Origin: an uncultured delta proteobacterium
Lineage (GTDB): Bacteria; Desulfobacterota; Binatia; Binatales; Binataceae
Reading direction: 5' to 3'
Assembly: GCA_963808235.1 (NCBI GenBank)
Contig: CAWEEQ010000004.1
Coordinates: 1,536,001-1,600,000 of the forward strand
Length of the DNA: 64,000 bases
The notes under the pieces were generated by a model. It ran no database searches and was not told the origin of the DNA. It saw only the letters and a program-made list of their open reading frames with translations. Of the stretch, positions 40,187 to 50,481 are shown piece by piece; position 1 is the first letter of the stretch; each line of letters opens with the position of its first letter. Position numbers and translations under genes: made by a program.

Positions 40187-41209
40187 TTAAAAGACCGGGA
40201 TGATGTCGTCGGCGGTGATATCTCCGACGTCAACGCCTTCGATATCAAGTTCGGGTATCGCGGGAAACTGGATGTCCCAGCGCTCGACCAGCTTGCGCAC
40301 GCGCGCGATTGCAAGCCGCCAGTTATCGGCCTGCTGCTCGAAGGTCAGGATGCCGAGGCCGGCCTCCCGCGCGATGCGGAGCAGTATTCGATGGTTATGC
40401 AGGAAGTAGCCCGGCAGATCCCAGAACTGTCCTGGTGGTTCCCAGAGCACCATGGAGAGGAATACGAATCCGGCGCGGAGCTGTTTGGTGATGAACGTCT
40501 TGTGCTCGTCGGTGAGGCCCGGCCACTCCTTCTCGAGCAGGTTGATGCAAATCTGAAGATGGCGCGCCTCGTCGCGGCCGATTTTCGTAAAGATGTCGCG
40601 GAAGGTCGGATGAGTCGTCGCATGCGCCATCCCGTGGAACAGCGTCGACGATGCGACCTCGCCCATCATGAAAGAGGTGAAGATGACCGCGAGCGGATAG
40701 CGATCGATCGCGCGATTATATCCGGTCCAGTAGCGGCCGCCGTTATGGTAAAGCCAGCCGATATTGTTTAGCGCGACCCGCTGCAACTCGCTGTTGGGCT
40801 TGAATCCTTGCGGGCCATTCGGCACCAGGCGCTGAATAACGCGCTGGCAGGTCTCTTCGTGATTGGTCTCGTCGCGGGTTATCGAGAAGAAGCATTTGCG
40901 GACCGGATCTTCCTCGTGCATTTCCCACGCATGAATGGTCGCGCGCGCGAACACCGCCGGACCCGACGAATCGAAATTGGAGAGCAGCGCCCACCAGTAC
41001 ATGATCGCGACCTTTTCATCGTCGCTCCATGCCTCGGGCGAGAGAGCGCTCCAGTTTATATCTGCCGGATTGTAGCCCTCGCGCTTCGCGCGCTCATAAA
41101 TTTCCGCAAGCTTGGGCGTGTCGCAGCGCCATTCCATTGGAAAGATATTCGGCTGCGCTACCGGAGGCGCCTCGACCAACCCGCCCTTGGGAATTTCGAA
41201 TTCGCTCAT
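40187..41209 (-). CDS. Ferritin-like diiron protein
   Basis: Two DExxH motifs (RDETNHE, RDEARHL) plus MMGE; start MSEFEIP. Confidence 0.75.
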   Translation of the reverse strand: MSEFEIPKGGLVEAPPVAQPNIFPMEWRCDTPKLAEIYERAKREGYNPADINWSALSPEAWSDDEKVAIMYWWALLSNFDSSGPAVFARATIHAWEMHEEDPVRKCFFSITRDETNHEETCQRVIQRLVPNGPQGFKPNSELQRVALNNIGWLYHNGGRYWTGYNRAIDRYPLAVIFTSFMMGEVASSTLFHGMAHATTHPTFRDIFTKIGRDEARHLQICINLLEKEWPGLTDEHKTFITKQLRAGFVFLSMVLWEPPGQFWDLPGYFLHNHRILLRIAREAGLGILTFEQQADNWRLAIARVRKLVERWDIQFPAIPELDIEGVDVGDITADDIIPVF

Positions 41210-41331
41210 TGAACGCACGCTCCTGTCGTCAATCCTAAAATACACCAATCGCGGGTAAGTTTGACTGGGTGCGCCGACGCTTGCCAGTCTCGTTAAGGTG
41301 CCTGGCTGCTCGGGTATTGGAGAAATTCTCG

Positions 41332-42159
41332 ATGAAATTTGCAATCGCAATCCGCAACATGGGTCCGCAGTCGAACCGCACGACGATCCGAGCCTGTGCG
41401 CGAATCGCGGAACGAGCCGGTTTCGACGCGCTGTTTGTATCGGATCATTTGTGCATCCCGGTTGACCAGACCGAAGGCTCCGGCGGCCGCTATCTCGACG
41501 TGCTCGCGACTCTTGCGTTCCTCGCCGGCGCGACTGAAAAGATTCGGCTCGGCGTTTCGGTGCTGGTCGTCCCGTATCGGCCGGCCGTGCTGACCGCGAA
41601 GCAGGTCGCGACCATCCAGGAATTATCGGGCGAGCGTTTGATTCTTGGCATCGGAGTCGGATGGATGAAGCCGGAGTTCGCCGCACTCGGCGCTGACATC
41701 CGCAAACGCGGCGCGGTCACCAACGAGACGCTCGCGGTGATTCATCATCTGTTCAATGCCGATGCGCCGGGCGCCTATGACGGACGCGACGTCAAATTTC
41801 CGCCGTTCGTATTTCTGCCGCGACCGAAACGCCCGCCGATCTGGATTGGCGGCAACAGTCCGGCCGCTATGAACCGAGTACTTAAATTCGGCGACGGATG
41901 GCATCCGATGCTGCCCGCTTCGGAACTTAAAGTAAAAGTTGAAGAGTTGATCGCGCGTGCACGCGCGGCCGGTCGTCCCGACCCGGAGATCGTGGTCCGG
42001 CGCGGACTCAAGCTCGACGACCTCGGCGCCGCGCGGACAAAGATTGCCGCTGAGCAGGATGCGGGCGCGACGTACTTCATTTTGGATTTGGGCCGCTACT
42101 CCGATGAAGCGTCGTTCGCCAAATCGGCCGAGACCTTTATCTCCAAAGTCGCTAAATGA
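41332..42159 (+). CDS. LLM-class flavin/F420-dependent oxidoreductase
   Basis: AGFDALFVSDH, IRLGVSV, LGIGVGW, PIWIGG, GDGW. Confidence 0.88.
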   Translation: MKFAIAIRNMGPQSNRTTIRACARIAERAGFDALFVSDHLCIPVDQTEGSGGRYLDVLATLAFLAGATEKIRLGVSVLVVPYRPAVLTAKQVATIQELSGERLILGIGVGWMKPEFAALGADIRKRGAVTNETLAVIHHLFNADAPGAYDGRDVKFPPFVFLPRPKRPPIWIGGNSPAAMNRVLKFGDGWHPMLPASELKVKVEELIARARAAGRPDPEIVVRRGLKLDDLGAARTKIAAEQDAGATYFILDLGRYSDEASFAKSAETFISKVAK

Positions 42160-43393
42160 TTTTTTCGCGGCGCAACGATTCAATCTCGTCGGCGCCGACG
42201 CCCAGCACCTCGCGATACACGCGCTCGTTGTCGTGGCCGACTGCCACCGACCCGCGCACGATCTTTCCCGGGGTCAGAGAAAATTTCGGCGCCACGCCGA
42301 TACCCTTGACCCGGCCGACCTGCTCATCGTTCCATTCGACGTGCATCCCGCGCGCGCGATATTGCGAGTCCTCGGCCATGTCCTTGCTGGACATGATCGG
42401 CGAGCACGGCACGGCACCCTCGGCCATCTGGTCGACAACTTCCTTCACGGTGCGCTCCGAGATCCATCCGCGGAGAATCGCGTCGAACTCGATTCCCTCG
42501 ATCGACTCGAGCTGCGTGCGTGCGGTCTCCCACTTCGTATCTGCGGGGTCGAGCCCGATGACCTTGAGCATGCGCCCGTACACGTCGCCGAGCGCGCCCA
42601 TCACGACCCATCCGTCGCTCGCCTGAAACGTGTCGAGCGGCTGGAAACCCTGCGCGCGATTGCCCGAGCGCTCGCGAACCACGCCGTTCTGAAAATATTC
42701 GAGCATCGTACCGCCCATCGTTTTGTGAATCGCTTCGTACTGCGCAACGTCGATCGCCTGCCCTATCCCGGTCGCGCGCGCGTAGGTGAGCCCGGCCAGC
42801 GACGACCACATCGTGAATAGCGCGGTCACGTAATCGCCGGTCCATGGCGCGGCGCGAGTCGGCGGGGTCGGATCGGGAAACCCGGTCTGATACATCATTC
42901 CGCCGGCTGCCTGTCCGACCACATCATATGATGCGCGATGCACGTAGCTCGGATCGCCGGTTTGCCCGAATCCGGAAACGTGCGCGATCACGAGTCGCGG
43001 ATTGACCTTCCACATCGCGGCGTCATCGAGCCCCCATTTCGGATAGGTGCCCGGCCTCGAGCTTTCCATCCAGATGTCGGCGCGCGCGGCGAGCTTTAGG
43101 AACAGTTCGCGGCCGCGCGGCTTGGAGAGATCGAGCGTGATGCAGAACACATTGCGCCGTTCCTGGATCCAGCTGGTCGCGACCGCCGACTTGGCGTCTT
43201 TGCTGACCAGCTTTATCCCGATGTTGCGCCATCCCACGTCGCCCGGACCGGGACGCTCGATCTGGATGACCTCCGCACCCATTTCTGCCGCGAGCTCGGC
43301 CGCAAACGGTTGCGCGATAAGGGTCCCGGTGGAAAGGATCTTCACGCCTTGCAGAGGGCCGAATTTCTCGGTGACAAGATTCTCGATGCTCAT
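42152..43393 (-). CDS. CaiB/BaiF family III CoA-transferase
   Basis: GPLQGVK, AEMGAEVI, SGFGQTG, ASYD. Confidence 0.9.
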   Translation of the reverse strand: MSIENLVTEKFGPLQGVKILSTGTLIAQPFAAELAAEMGAEVIQIERPGPGDVGWRNIGIKLVSKDAKSAVATSWIQERRNVFCITLDLSKPRGRELFLKLAARADIWMESSRPGTYPKWGLDDAAMWKVNPRLVIAHVSGFGQTGDPSYVHRASYDVVGQAAGGMMYQTGFPDPTPPTRAAPWTGDYVTALFTMWSSLAGLTYARATGIGQAIDVAQYEAIHKTMGGTMLEYFQNGVVRERSGNRAQGFQPLDTFQASDGWVVMGALGDVYGRMLKVIGLDPADTKWETARTQLESIEGIEFDAILRGWISERTVKEVVDQMAEGAVPCSPIMSSKDMAEDSQYRARGMHVEWNDEQVGRVKGIGVAPKFSLTPGKIVRGSVAVGHDNERVYREVLGVGADEIESLRREKII

Positions 43394-43577
43394 CGCTTCT
43401 CCAGGTCTGTAAAGAAATCACTTACTGAAAATTACACGCGATGATGCCCTTTTTTTCACGAGATGGAAACTTGCGCGCTTGCAGCAGTCCGTTCATTGCA
43501 CCTGACAGACGGCGTTTTGCGCCGCTTCGCTGCCCGCTATTATATTCTGGAGTGCGTATCCGGAGCCGAGACCAAGC

Positions 43578-44909
43578 TTGAATTCTCTTCAAGACCTTTT
43601 CAAAGTCGATTCGCTCAATCGGCGCGAACTCATGTTCAAGGCGTTGGCCGGATTGGCCGGCGGCGCGATCGGATGGATTCCCGTCGAGTTGGCATCGCAC
43701 AACTCGCATCTCGGCCAGGCCCAGACGACTTTCTCCGTCGTCGCGTACTACCTGACGGCAGCATTGGCGGCAGGATTGATCGGCGGGCTGATCACTGCCG
43801 TTGAGGGCTCAGAACTTCGGGTCACGCCGCAGGCGCAGCAAAGATTCATCCGCGGCTTCGTTCTATGCGCCGGGCTGTCACTGTTCGCCACGTACTTTGC
43901 CAACAGCGTATTCAACGCGATTCTGAACTTTGGCGGCGCTAAGTTCAGCACCAGCGGCGAGATGGTCGCGGGCTCGATGGCGATTCTTATTTTCGCGCGA
44001 ATAATCGGATGGGCTATCGATGGGATGCTAGTCGGCCTCGGAGTGGGACTCTCGACCGGAGTCGGCGCGAACATCGTGAAGGGATTGCTCGGCGGGCTTG
44101 CGGGTGGCGCAGTCGGCGGAATCTTCTTTGATTTGATCGGCGCGATCACCGGCGGTGGAATGGCGGCCCGATTTTTCGGCGAAGCGGTTATCGGCTTCGC
44201 GATCGGACTCTTCATCGGATTGGTGCAGGAACTGACCAAGGCCGCGTGGGTGACGGTTGAGCAGGGACGGCTGCGCGGACGCCAGTACCGAATCGAAGGC
44301 CCGCGCGCTTCGATCGGCCGCGCCGAAGAAAATCCGGTCGGCTTGTTCGGCGACCCGAGTGTGCACGCGCGTCATGCGCTGATCGAACGGCGCGGCAGCG
44401 ACTACGTGATCAAGAATCTCGCGGTGCAGGACGGCACCTTCGTCAACGGAAATCGAATCGAGACGGTCGACCTGCACGACGGCGACCGGATCAATATCGG
44501 CGGCTACGAGATGATGTTCCACTTGCGCGGAACTTCTCAGTCGGCGCGTGAACAGGCCTCGCTCGCGACCGATAGAGTTAATCCGGCTCATATCGCGAGC
44601 CGGCTGGCGGGCGCCAATGCGAACGTCGACACTCCCTGCTTGATCGACGCGACCGGGCAGCGATTTCCGCTCCGCGCCGGCGCCGCCACGCGTATCGGGC
44701 GCGCGCTCGACAACGAAATCGTGGTCAGCCATTCGTCGGTCTCGCGCCATCACGCGAGCATCGAGACCAGCAACGGCTCGGTCATGGTCAAGGATCTCAA
44801 CAGCCAGAACGGCACCTTCGTGGGCAACCTGCGAGTGACCGGAGGCATACCTTTGAGCGACGGCGATGCCGTCAGGTTCGGCGACGCGCCGTTTATCTTC
44901 CGTGCCTGA
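43578..44909 (+). CDS. Multi-TM membrane protein with two FHA domains
   Basis: About 6 Gly-rich TMs; FHA1 IGR..SVHARHA..DGTFVNG; FHA2 IGR..SVSRHHA..SQNGTFV. Confidence 0.85.
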   Translation: MNSLQDLFKVDSLNRRELMFKALAGLAGGAIGWIPVELASHNSHLGQAQTTFSVVAYYLTAALAAGLIGGLITAVEGSELRVTPQAQQRFIRGFVLCAGLSLFATYFANSVFNAILNFGGAKFSTSGEMVAGSMAILIFARIIGWAIDGMLVGLGVGLSTGVGANIVKGLLGGLAGGAVGGIFFDLIGAITGGGMAARFFGEAVIGFAIGLFIGLVQELTKAAWVTVEQGRLRGRQYRIEGPRASIGRAEENPVGLFGDPSVHARHALIERRGSDYVIKNLAVQDGTFVNGNRIETVDLHDGDRINIGGYEMMFHLRGTSQSAREQASLATDRVNPAHIASRLAGANANVDTPCLIDATGQRFPLRAGAATRIGRALDNEIVVSHSSVSRHHASIETSNGSVMVKDLNSQNGTFVGNLRVTGGIPLSDGDAVRFGDAPFIFRA

Positions 44910-45243
44910 AACCGAGCTCGAGGCACCCAGGTTTTGTGCGCGATGCGGTCAGCCGATCGTCGTCGCCGACGCTAGCTTCTGCAAATCATGTGGCGCACCA
45001 CTCACGCGATACCCTCTGCTCCGCAGCGATCATGGATTCAACCCTCTGCTTGCGCTCGTGCTAAGCATCGTGCCCGGGGTCGGACACATTTATCGCGGCA
45101 AGCCGTTCAAAGGAGTCATGTGGTTTTTCGGAGTGGGATTTGCGTGGGCGATTGCACCGGCGATGGGTATCCTGATTCACATCATTTGTGCGGCGAATGC
45201 GGCTTTCTCCGGCGTGATCGACGAGGATGCGCTGGCGCGATGA
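44902..45243 (+). CDS. Zinc-ribbon plus TM2-like small membrane protein
   Basis: FCARCG...FCKSCG; LSIVPGVGHIYRG. Confidence 0.75.
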   Translation: MPETELEAPRFCARCGQPIVVADASFCKSCGAPLTRYPLLRSDHGFNPLLALVLSIVPGVGHIYRGKPFKGVMWFFGVGFAWAIAPAMGILIHIICAANAAFSGVIDEDALAR

Positions 45244-45301
45244 ATCCGAACCGCCACCGCGCCATCTAATTAATGATTACATTTGTATATGACATGACCG
45301 G

Positions 45302-46822
45302 ATGATTCAGGAGAACACAATCATCGGCGGGCGTTACCGCGTCATGAAACCGCTCGGCGGCGGCGGGATGAAGCTCGTGTATCTCGCCGAGGATCTACGT
45401 CTCGCGGCGCGGCCCTGTGCGCTCGCGGAGATGGTCGATAGCTTCACCAGCCCCGATACGCAGAAGCAGGCGGTCGCGGCCTTTCAGCGCGAGGCCGACA
45501 TGCTCGCGCAGCTCAGCAACGAACACATCCCGCGAGTCTTCGATCGCTTCAGCGCCGAGAACCATCACTACCTGGTGATGGAATTCATCGACGGCATCAC
45601 GCTCGAACAGAAGATCAAAGACGCGGGCGGAAAACTTCCCGAACACGACGTCATCGAATTCGCACTCCAGGTGCTCGACACACTCGAGTACCTGCACAAT
45701 CTCGAACCGCCGGTGATCTACCGCGACTTGAAGCCGTCGAACGTGATGCTCACGCCGTCGGGACAGGTAAAGCTGATCGATTTCGGAATCGCGCGACTCT
45801 TTCAGCCGCTCAGCAACGCGACCATGATCGGAACCCAGGGCTACGCGCCGCCCGAACAGTATCGCGGCAAGGTCGAGTTCCGCTCCGACCTGTATGCGCT
45901 GGGCGCCACGATGCATCACGCGCTTTCGGGGCGCGACCCCGCGCTCGAGCCTCCGTTCAGCTTTCCACCGCTGCGATCGCTGTGTCCCGACGTGACTCCG
46001 GCGCTCGCCGATTTGATCGATCAGGCCCTCAAATATGACGTCATCCTGCGCGTCGCCGATGCCGCCGAGTTTAGAGAGCGGCTGCTCGCGATCAAATCCG
46101 GCGTAGCGCCTGTACCGACATCGGCGCGCGGCCGCGCCTCCGGATCGTCGCCGCGTCCGCAGCTTAAGCTGCCGCTCGGAGGCATTCAGTCCCGACCGGC
46201 GTCAGCATCGGCGCCGACGATGCTCAGCAATCAGGTCGGCACTGCGTGCCCGCGATGTGGCCGCACGATTCCCGTGGATTCTAACTTCTGCTCGTTCTGT
46301 GCCGCCGACGTAACCGGACGTTTGCGCCCGCTCGATCGCTCCGAGCCCGAGGCGCAGACGATCGTACTCGACGACGTAGCCGAGCCGATGAGATTTCCGG
46401 GCCCAATTTTTCTTCCTCGGCATCGCCGTCGGCGCCGACCCGCGCGCACGATGATGTTCGTGGTCGCCGCGATGTTCTTCCTCGGATACGTGGCGTTTCG
46501 TTCTTCGGCACCGCAGCCGTCGACCGGCGATGACACTGCGCCTCCCTTCGGCGGCGCTCCGGCGGTTCCGGGTTACGGCAGCGCCCCCGAGGCGCCCGAA
46601 CCGGCGCATACCGATCCGCGCGAAATCGAGCTTCGCCAGGCGCTCAACGCGCAAGGCTACCAGTCGGTTCATTTCAGGATCGAAGGCGACACGATGCTTT
46701 TGTGGGGCACCGTGCCATCCGAGGCCGATCGGATCATGGTGCAGACCCAGGTCTTTCTTATCGCGCGAATTTTCTCCCTCGAAGACCATATTCAGGTTCG
46801 CGACACCTTCGCCGAGCCATAA
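45302..46822 (+). CDS. Hanks-type Ser/Thr kinase with zinc ribbon, TM and BON-like C-terminal domain
   Basis: GGGGM, YRDLKPSN, DFG, GTQGYAPPE; CPRCG..FCSFC; TM; MLLWGTVPSEADR..EDHIQV. Confidence 0.88.
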   Translation: MIQENTIIGGRYRVMKPLGGGGMKLVYLAEDLRLAARPCALAEMVDSFTSPDTQKQAVAAFQREADMLAQLSNEHIPRVFDRFSAENHHYLVMEFIDGITLEQKIKDAGGKLPEHDVIEFALQVLDTLEYLHNLEPPVIYRDLKPSNVMLTPSGQVKLIDFGIARLFQPLSNATMIGTQGYAPPEQYRGKVEFRSDLYALGATMHHALSGRDPALEPPFSFPPLRSLCPDVTPALADLIDQALKYDVILRVADAAEFRERLLAIKSGVAPVPTSARGRASGSSPRPQLKLPLGGIQSRPASASAPTMLSNQVGTACPRCGRTIPVDSNFCSFCAADVTGRLRPLDRSEPEAQTIVLDDVAEPMRFPGPIFLPRHRRRRRPARTMMFVVAAMFFLGYVAFRSSAPQPSTGDDTAPPFGGAPAVPGYGSAPEAPEPAHTDPREIELRQALNAQGYQSVHFRIEGDTMLLWGTVPSEADRIMVQTQVFLIARIFSLEDHIQVRDTFAEP

Positions 46823-46838
46823 CAGGAACTCTCCCCGC

Positions 46839-47495
46839 ATGATTGTCGATCTGCACGTGCACACGAATCTCTCGGCCGACTCAAACGTATCACCCGAGAA
46901 ATATCTCGAATTCGCCGCGAGCCAGGAACGCCGTCTCGACGCGATTTGTTTCACCGAGCATCGGCTCTTCCCGGCCGATCCCGAAATCGATCGAATCTAC
47001 GCGGAACTCGGCGAGCGATTTGGGATTGCCATCTTCAAGGGTATCGAGGCCGACACCGATCTCGGCCATCTGCTGATGTTCGGCGTGAACAAGGAAATCG
47101 TCCGCCGGTTCGATCTGACTTCGCGGATGCTGCGCAGCGAGCATCTCATCGATGTGCTTCATCATGAAGGCGGCGTCGCGATCCCGGCGCATCCGTTCCG
47201 CGATTCAGGATTCGGTGCGCGGCTCGATTCGCTGCTGAGCCGGCACGGCACTGCGCTCGGCGCGGTCGAAGTATTGAACGGACAGAATTCAGACGATCAG
47301 AATCAGCGCGCGCAGGATGCCGCGCTCAAGCTCGGGTTAACCGCGGTCGGCGGCAGCGACGCGCATTTCGCCACCGCGAAATGGTTCATGACGGTCGCGA
47401 CCGAGCTCGAACGCGAAGTCAAAACGGTCGAGGATCTGTGCACGGAATTGCGCGCGGGCCGCGCTCGTCCCTACGTCTTTCCCGGCGCCGGCTGA
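46839..47495 (+). CDS. PHP domain phosphoesterase
   Basis: DLHVHT, FTEH, GIE, AHP, GGSDAH. Confidence 0.88.
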   Translation: MIVDLHVHTNLSADSNVSPEKYLEFAASQERRLDAICFTEHRLFPADPEIDRIYAELGERFGIAIFKGIEADTDLGHLLMFGVNKEIVRRFDLTSRMLRSEHLIDVLHHEGGVAIPAHPFRDSGFGARLDSLLSRHGTALGAVEVLNGQNSDDQNQRAQDAALKLGLTAVGGSDAHFATAKWFMTVATELEREVKTVEDLCTELRAGRARPYVFPGAG

Positions 47496-49531
47496 GCCAC
47501 CTGACCGCCGACTCCGGTCCCGCCACCGCTCTCCAGCGCGCGCATGAATTGCCTGATGTCCTGCGAACGGCCCGCCACCACCAGTTCGTCGCCTTCCTTC
47601 AGCTTGCGGTCGGGAGCGATCGGCGCAAATCCCGCTTCCGGATTACCCGCCTCCTGCACCGCCAGCACCGTCACACTGAATCGCGCCCGCGGATCGAGTT
47701 CGCGGATCGTCTTGCCGGCGGCGTTCGCTGGCACTGCGATCCTCGTCACCCGGTAGCCGGTCGCCCAGTAGATATTCTGGTCGCGCGTCGCAAGCGTCGA
47801 GAGCGAAACCGTGACCCGATTGAGCGCCTGCGCAATATGTTGGCGCGTCACCAGTCCGAGAAAACGCCCGCCCGGCCGATCGACAACCGGAATCTCGTCG
47901 AGTCCGTCGTGCTCCATCGACTGGCTCGCCTCGTCGAGATTCGCGTCCGGGGTTACCGTCGCGCAATGCGTATTCGAGATGTCGAAAGCATTGACCAGCG
48001 GCCCAACCTCCTGGCCGCCGGCGAGCATCGAGAGCAGGTCGCGCGTAACGATCAAGCCCGCGAGCTCGCCGTCGCTGTTGACCACCGGCAGCGTGGATTG
48101 CGCGGTCTCCCCGGCCGTTCGTAACACCTCCGACAACGAGGTGTTCTCATGCACTATCGTCACGTTCTTGGTCACCACGGCGCTGACTGGAATCAGGGTG
48201 AGCGCCAGCCGCTCGCTTCCGATCTGGAGCTTCTTGCCTTCGCGCGCGAGCCGGAATTCGTCGATCGATTCGGTTTCGATCGCGCGCGCGACCACCAGCG
48301 CGGTGATCGTCGCGATCATCGCCGGCATCGCGATCGTATCGCTTCGCGTCATCTCCCATAGCAGGAACAACGCGGTCAGCGGAGCGTGGGTAGTTCCTGC
48401 CAGGAACGCGCCCAACCCGACGATTGCGTACGAGCCGCGCGGGCCCGTCAGAGTAGGGATCAACATCGCCGACAGACGCTGAAACGTCCCACCCGCCATC
48501 GTGCCGATAAAAAACGTCGGACCGAAGACGCCGCCCGGCGCACCGCATCCGAGCGAAACGCTGCTCGCAAAAAACTTCGCGCACAGCAGCGCCGCCAACA
48601 GTCCGAGTTCGTATTCGCCCGCCATTGCGCGGTTGATAATCGGATATCCGTCCGACAGGTTTTGCGGCAGCCAGATCGCAATCACGCCGACCACCGCGAG
48701 TCCGGCTTCGAGTTTCAGCCAGACCGGCGCGTCGAGCCGCCGGAACCATCCTGCGGTTCCGTTGAAAAACCGTATGTAGCCTGCCGCCAGCGCGCCTAGC
48801 GCCGCCCCCATGACGGCGTACGTCGCCATCTCCCAATAGCTGCGCAGCACAAATTCGGGAACCACGAAGACCGACGCGTTGCCCAAAACCGCGCGCGATG
48901 TGATCACCGCGGTAAAGGTCGCGATGATGAGCAGGGTCAGGTTCGCGATTTCAGTATGCCCGAGAAGCACGATCTCTTGCGCGAACATCAGGCCGCCGAT
49001 CGGCGCGTTGAAGGTCGTCGCGATTCCCGCGCCGGCGCCCGCCGCGATCAGCACTTTGGCGCGATCGGGCGACAACTTCCTCAGCTGCGCTACCGCCGAC
49101 CCAATCGCTCCGCCGACCTGCGCGATCGGACCTTCGCGCCCTACTGACGCGCCCGCGCCCAGCGACAGCGCAGCACCCGCAGCCTTGACGAAAATCCACC
49201 GGCGCTTTATCCGCGCGCTGCCCAGGTTGACCATCTCGAGAAAGTTCGGGAATCCGTAACCGAGCACGTCTTCGGGAAAGAGGCGGTCAAGCGCGAGAAT
49301 CGCGGCGCCGCCGCTCATCAGGATCAGCACGATGAACCCGCGATGCCATCCGCCGAGTCCAATTCCAAACACGTTCCACTCGACGACCCGAAATAGCCAC
49401 GAGAAGAATTCGATCAGTTTGCGAAAGCCGAGATTGCCGAGCGCGGCGAGCACTCCGACGATCACGGCGAGCAGAATCAGTTGTACGTATTCGAACTGAT
49501 CGGTTCGAAGCCAAAGTGCGGGTCGTCGCAT
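47471..49531 (-). CDS. CLC chloride channel/transporter with CBS pair and TrkA-C domain
   Basis: GASVGREGP, FNAPIGG, GGVFGP; CBS and RCK_C tail. Confidence 0.92.
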   Translation of the reverse strand: MRRPALWLRTDQFEYVQLILLAVIVGVLAALGNLGFRKLIEFFSWLFRVVEWNVFGIGLGGWHRGFIVLILMSGGAAILALDRLFPEDVLGYGFPNFLEMVNLGSARIKRRWIFVKAAGAALSLGAGASVGREGPIAQVGGAIGSAVAQLRKLSPDRAKVLIAAGAGAGIATTFNAPIGGLMFAQEIVLLGHTEIANLTLLIIATFTAVITSRAVLGNASVFVVPEFVLRSYWEMATYAVMGAALGALAAGYIRFFNGTAGWFRRLDAPVWLKLEAGLAVVGVIAIWLPQNLSDGYPIINRAMAGEYELGLLAALLCAKFFASSVSLGCGAPGGVFGPTFFIGTMAGGTFQRLSAMLIPTLTGPRGSYAIVGLGAFLAGTTHAPLTALFLLWEMTRSDTIAMPAMIATITALVVARAIETESIDEFRLAREGKKLQIGSERLALTLIPVSAVVTKNVTIVHENTSLSEVLRTAGETAQSTLPVVNSDGELAGLIVTRDLLSMLAGGQEVGPLVNAFDISNTHCATVTPDANLDEASQSMEHDGLDEIPVVDRPGGRFLGLVTRQHIAQALNRVTVSLSTLATRDQNIYWATGYRVTRIAVPANAAGKTIRELDPRARFSVTVLAVQEAGNPEAGFAPIAPDRKLKEGDELVVAGRSQDIRQFMRALESGGGTGVGGQVAQPAPGKT

Positions 49532-49564
49532 GACTTTGGGCCTCGCCGCAACCTGGCTGCGCCG

Positions 49565-50437
49565 TCACACACCCAGGAAGCGGCGCGCCACGGCGAGGAA
49601 TTCGTCGAGGCGATCGTGATGCACCCAGTGGCCGGCCTTGTCGACGGTGACCGATTCCGCGCTCTTGAAAGCCTGGATGCGCCCGTCCTTGACCCAATCG
49701 CCCGCCCACGATTCGGTGCCGCGAATCAGCAGCGTCGGGCAGGTGATGCGCCCCCAAATTTCGCGCGCGTCGCGGTTGTTAAACATGTACGGCGAAGTTG
49801 CGTGAACGTAGTTGTCGAACTTCCACGAGTAGGTGCCGTTCTCGTTGCGGCGAATTCCCCAAATGGTCAGATGACGCGCCTGCTCGCGGGTAAGATGCGG
49901 GTTCGCTTCGATCATGCGCGCGAGCGCTTCTTCGATCGACGGATACTCGCGCACCTTGCGCCGCGCCAGCGTCTGCATCTGGCCAATCCAGTTGTTCATG
50001 CGGTCGTACGCAGGCGATTCCTTGATCATTCCCGGCGGCGGTCCCATCCCTTCGATCGAGACTACGCGCTTGACCGCGTCGGGATGCGTGCCGGTGTATT
50101 GCAAAACGATTCCGCCCCCGAGCGAGTGACCGATCAGCGTCGCCGGTTCGTTTGCGACCGCACTCATCAGTTGCGCCAGATCGAGCACGTAGTCGATCAT
50201 CGAATAGCCGCTGCCCACCGCCCAGTCGGAATCGCCGTGCCCGCGCAGGTCGGGCGCGATGATGTGATAGTGCCTGCGCAAATCGAGTGCGACCCAATCC
50301 CAGTTGCGGCAGTGGTCGCGGCCGCCATGCACCAGGACCAGGAGGGGCTTGTCGGGATTGCCCCAATCGACGTAGTGCAGCTTCAAGCGCTGCGAATAAA
50401 AATAATGTGAAGTCGGCCCGATGATGCTATCGGCCAT
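49565..50437 (-). CDS. Alpha/beta hydrolase
   Basis: HGG, DLRGHGDS, GHSLGG, GHWVH. Confidence 0.9.
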   Translation of the reverse strand: MADSIIGPTSHYFYSQRLKLHYVDWGNPDKPLLVLVHGGRDHCRNWDWVALDLRRHYHIIAPDLRGHGDSDWAVGSGYSMIDYVLDLAQLMSAVANEPATLIGHSLGGGIVLQYTGTHPDAVKRVVSIEGMGPPPGMIKESPAYDRMNNWIGQMQTLARRKVREYPSIEEALARMIEANPHLTREQARHLTIWGIRRNENGTYSWKFDNYVHATSPYMFNNRDAREIWGRITCPTLLIRGTESWAGDWVKDGRIQAFKSAESVTVDKAGHWVHHDRLDEFLAVARRFLGV

Positions 50438-50481
50438 GCGCCGGTTTCTCCCAAAAACTCAAAATGCGTTCCGAGACGAGG

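Noticed and set aside
41210-41686. N-terminal extension of the 499 aa ORF
   Set aside because: It overlaps the divergent LLM gene; protein-like sequence starts at MSEFEIP (41209)
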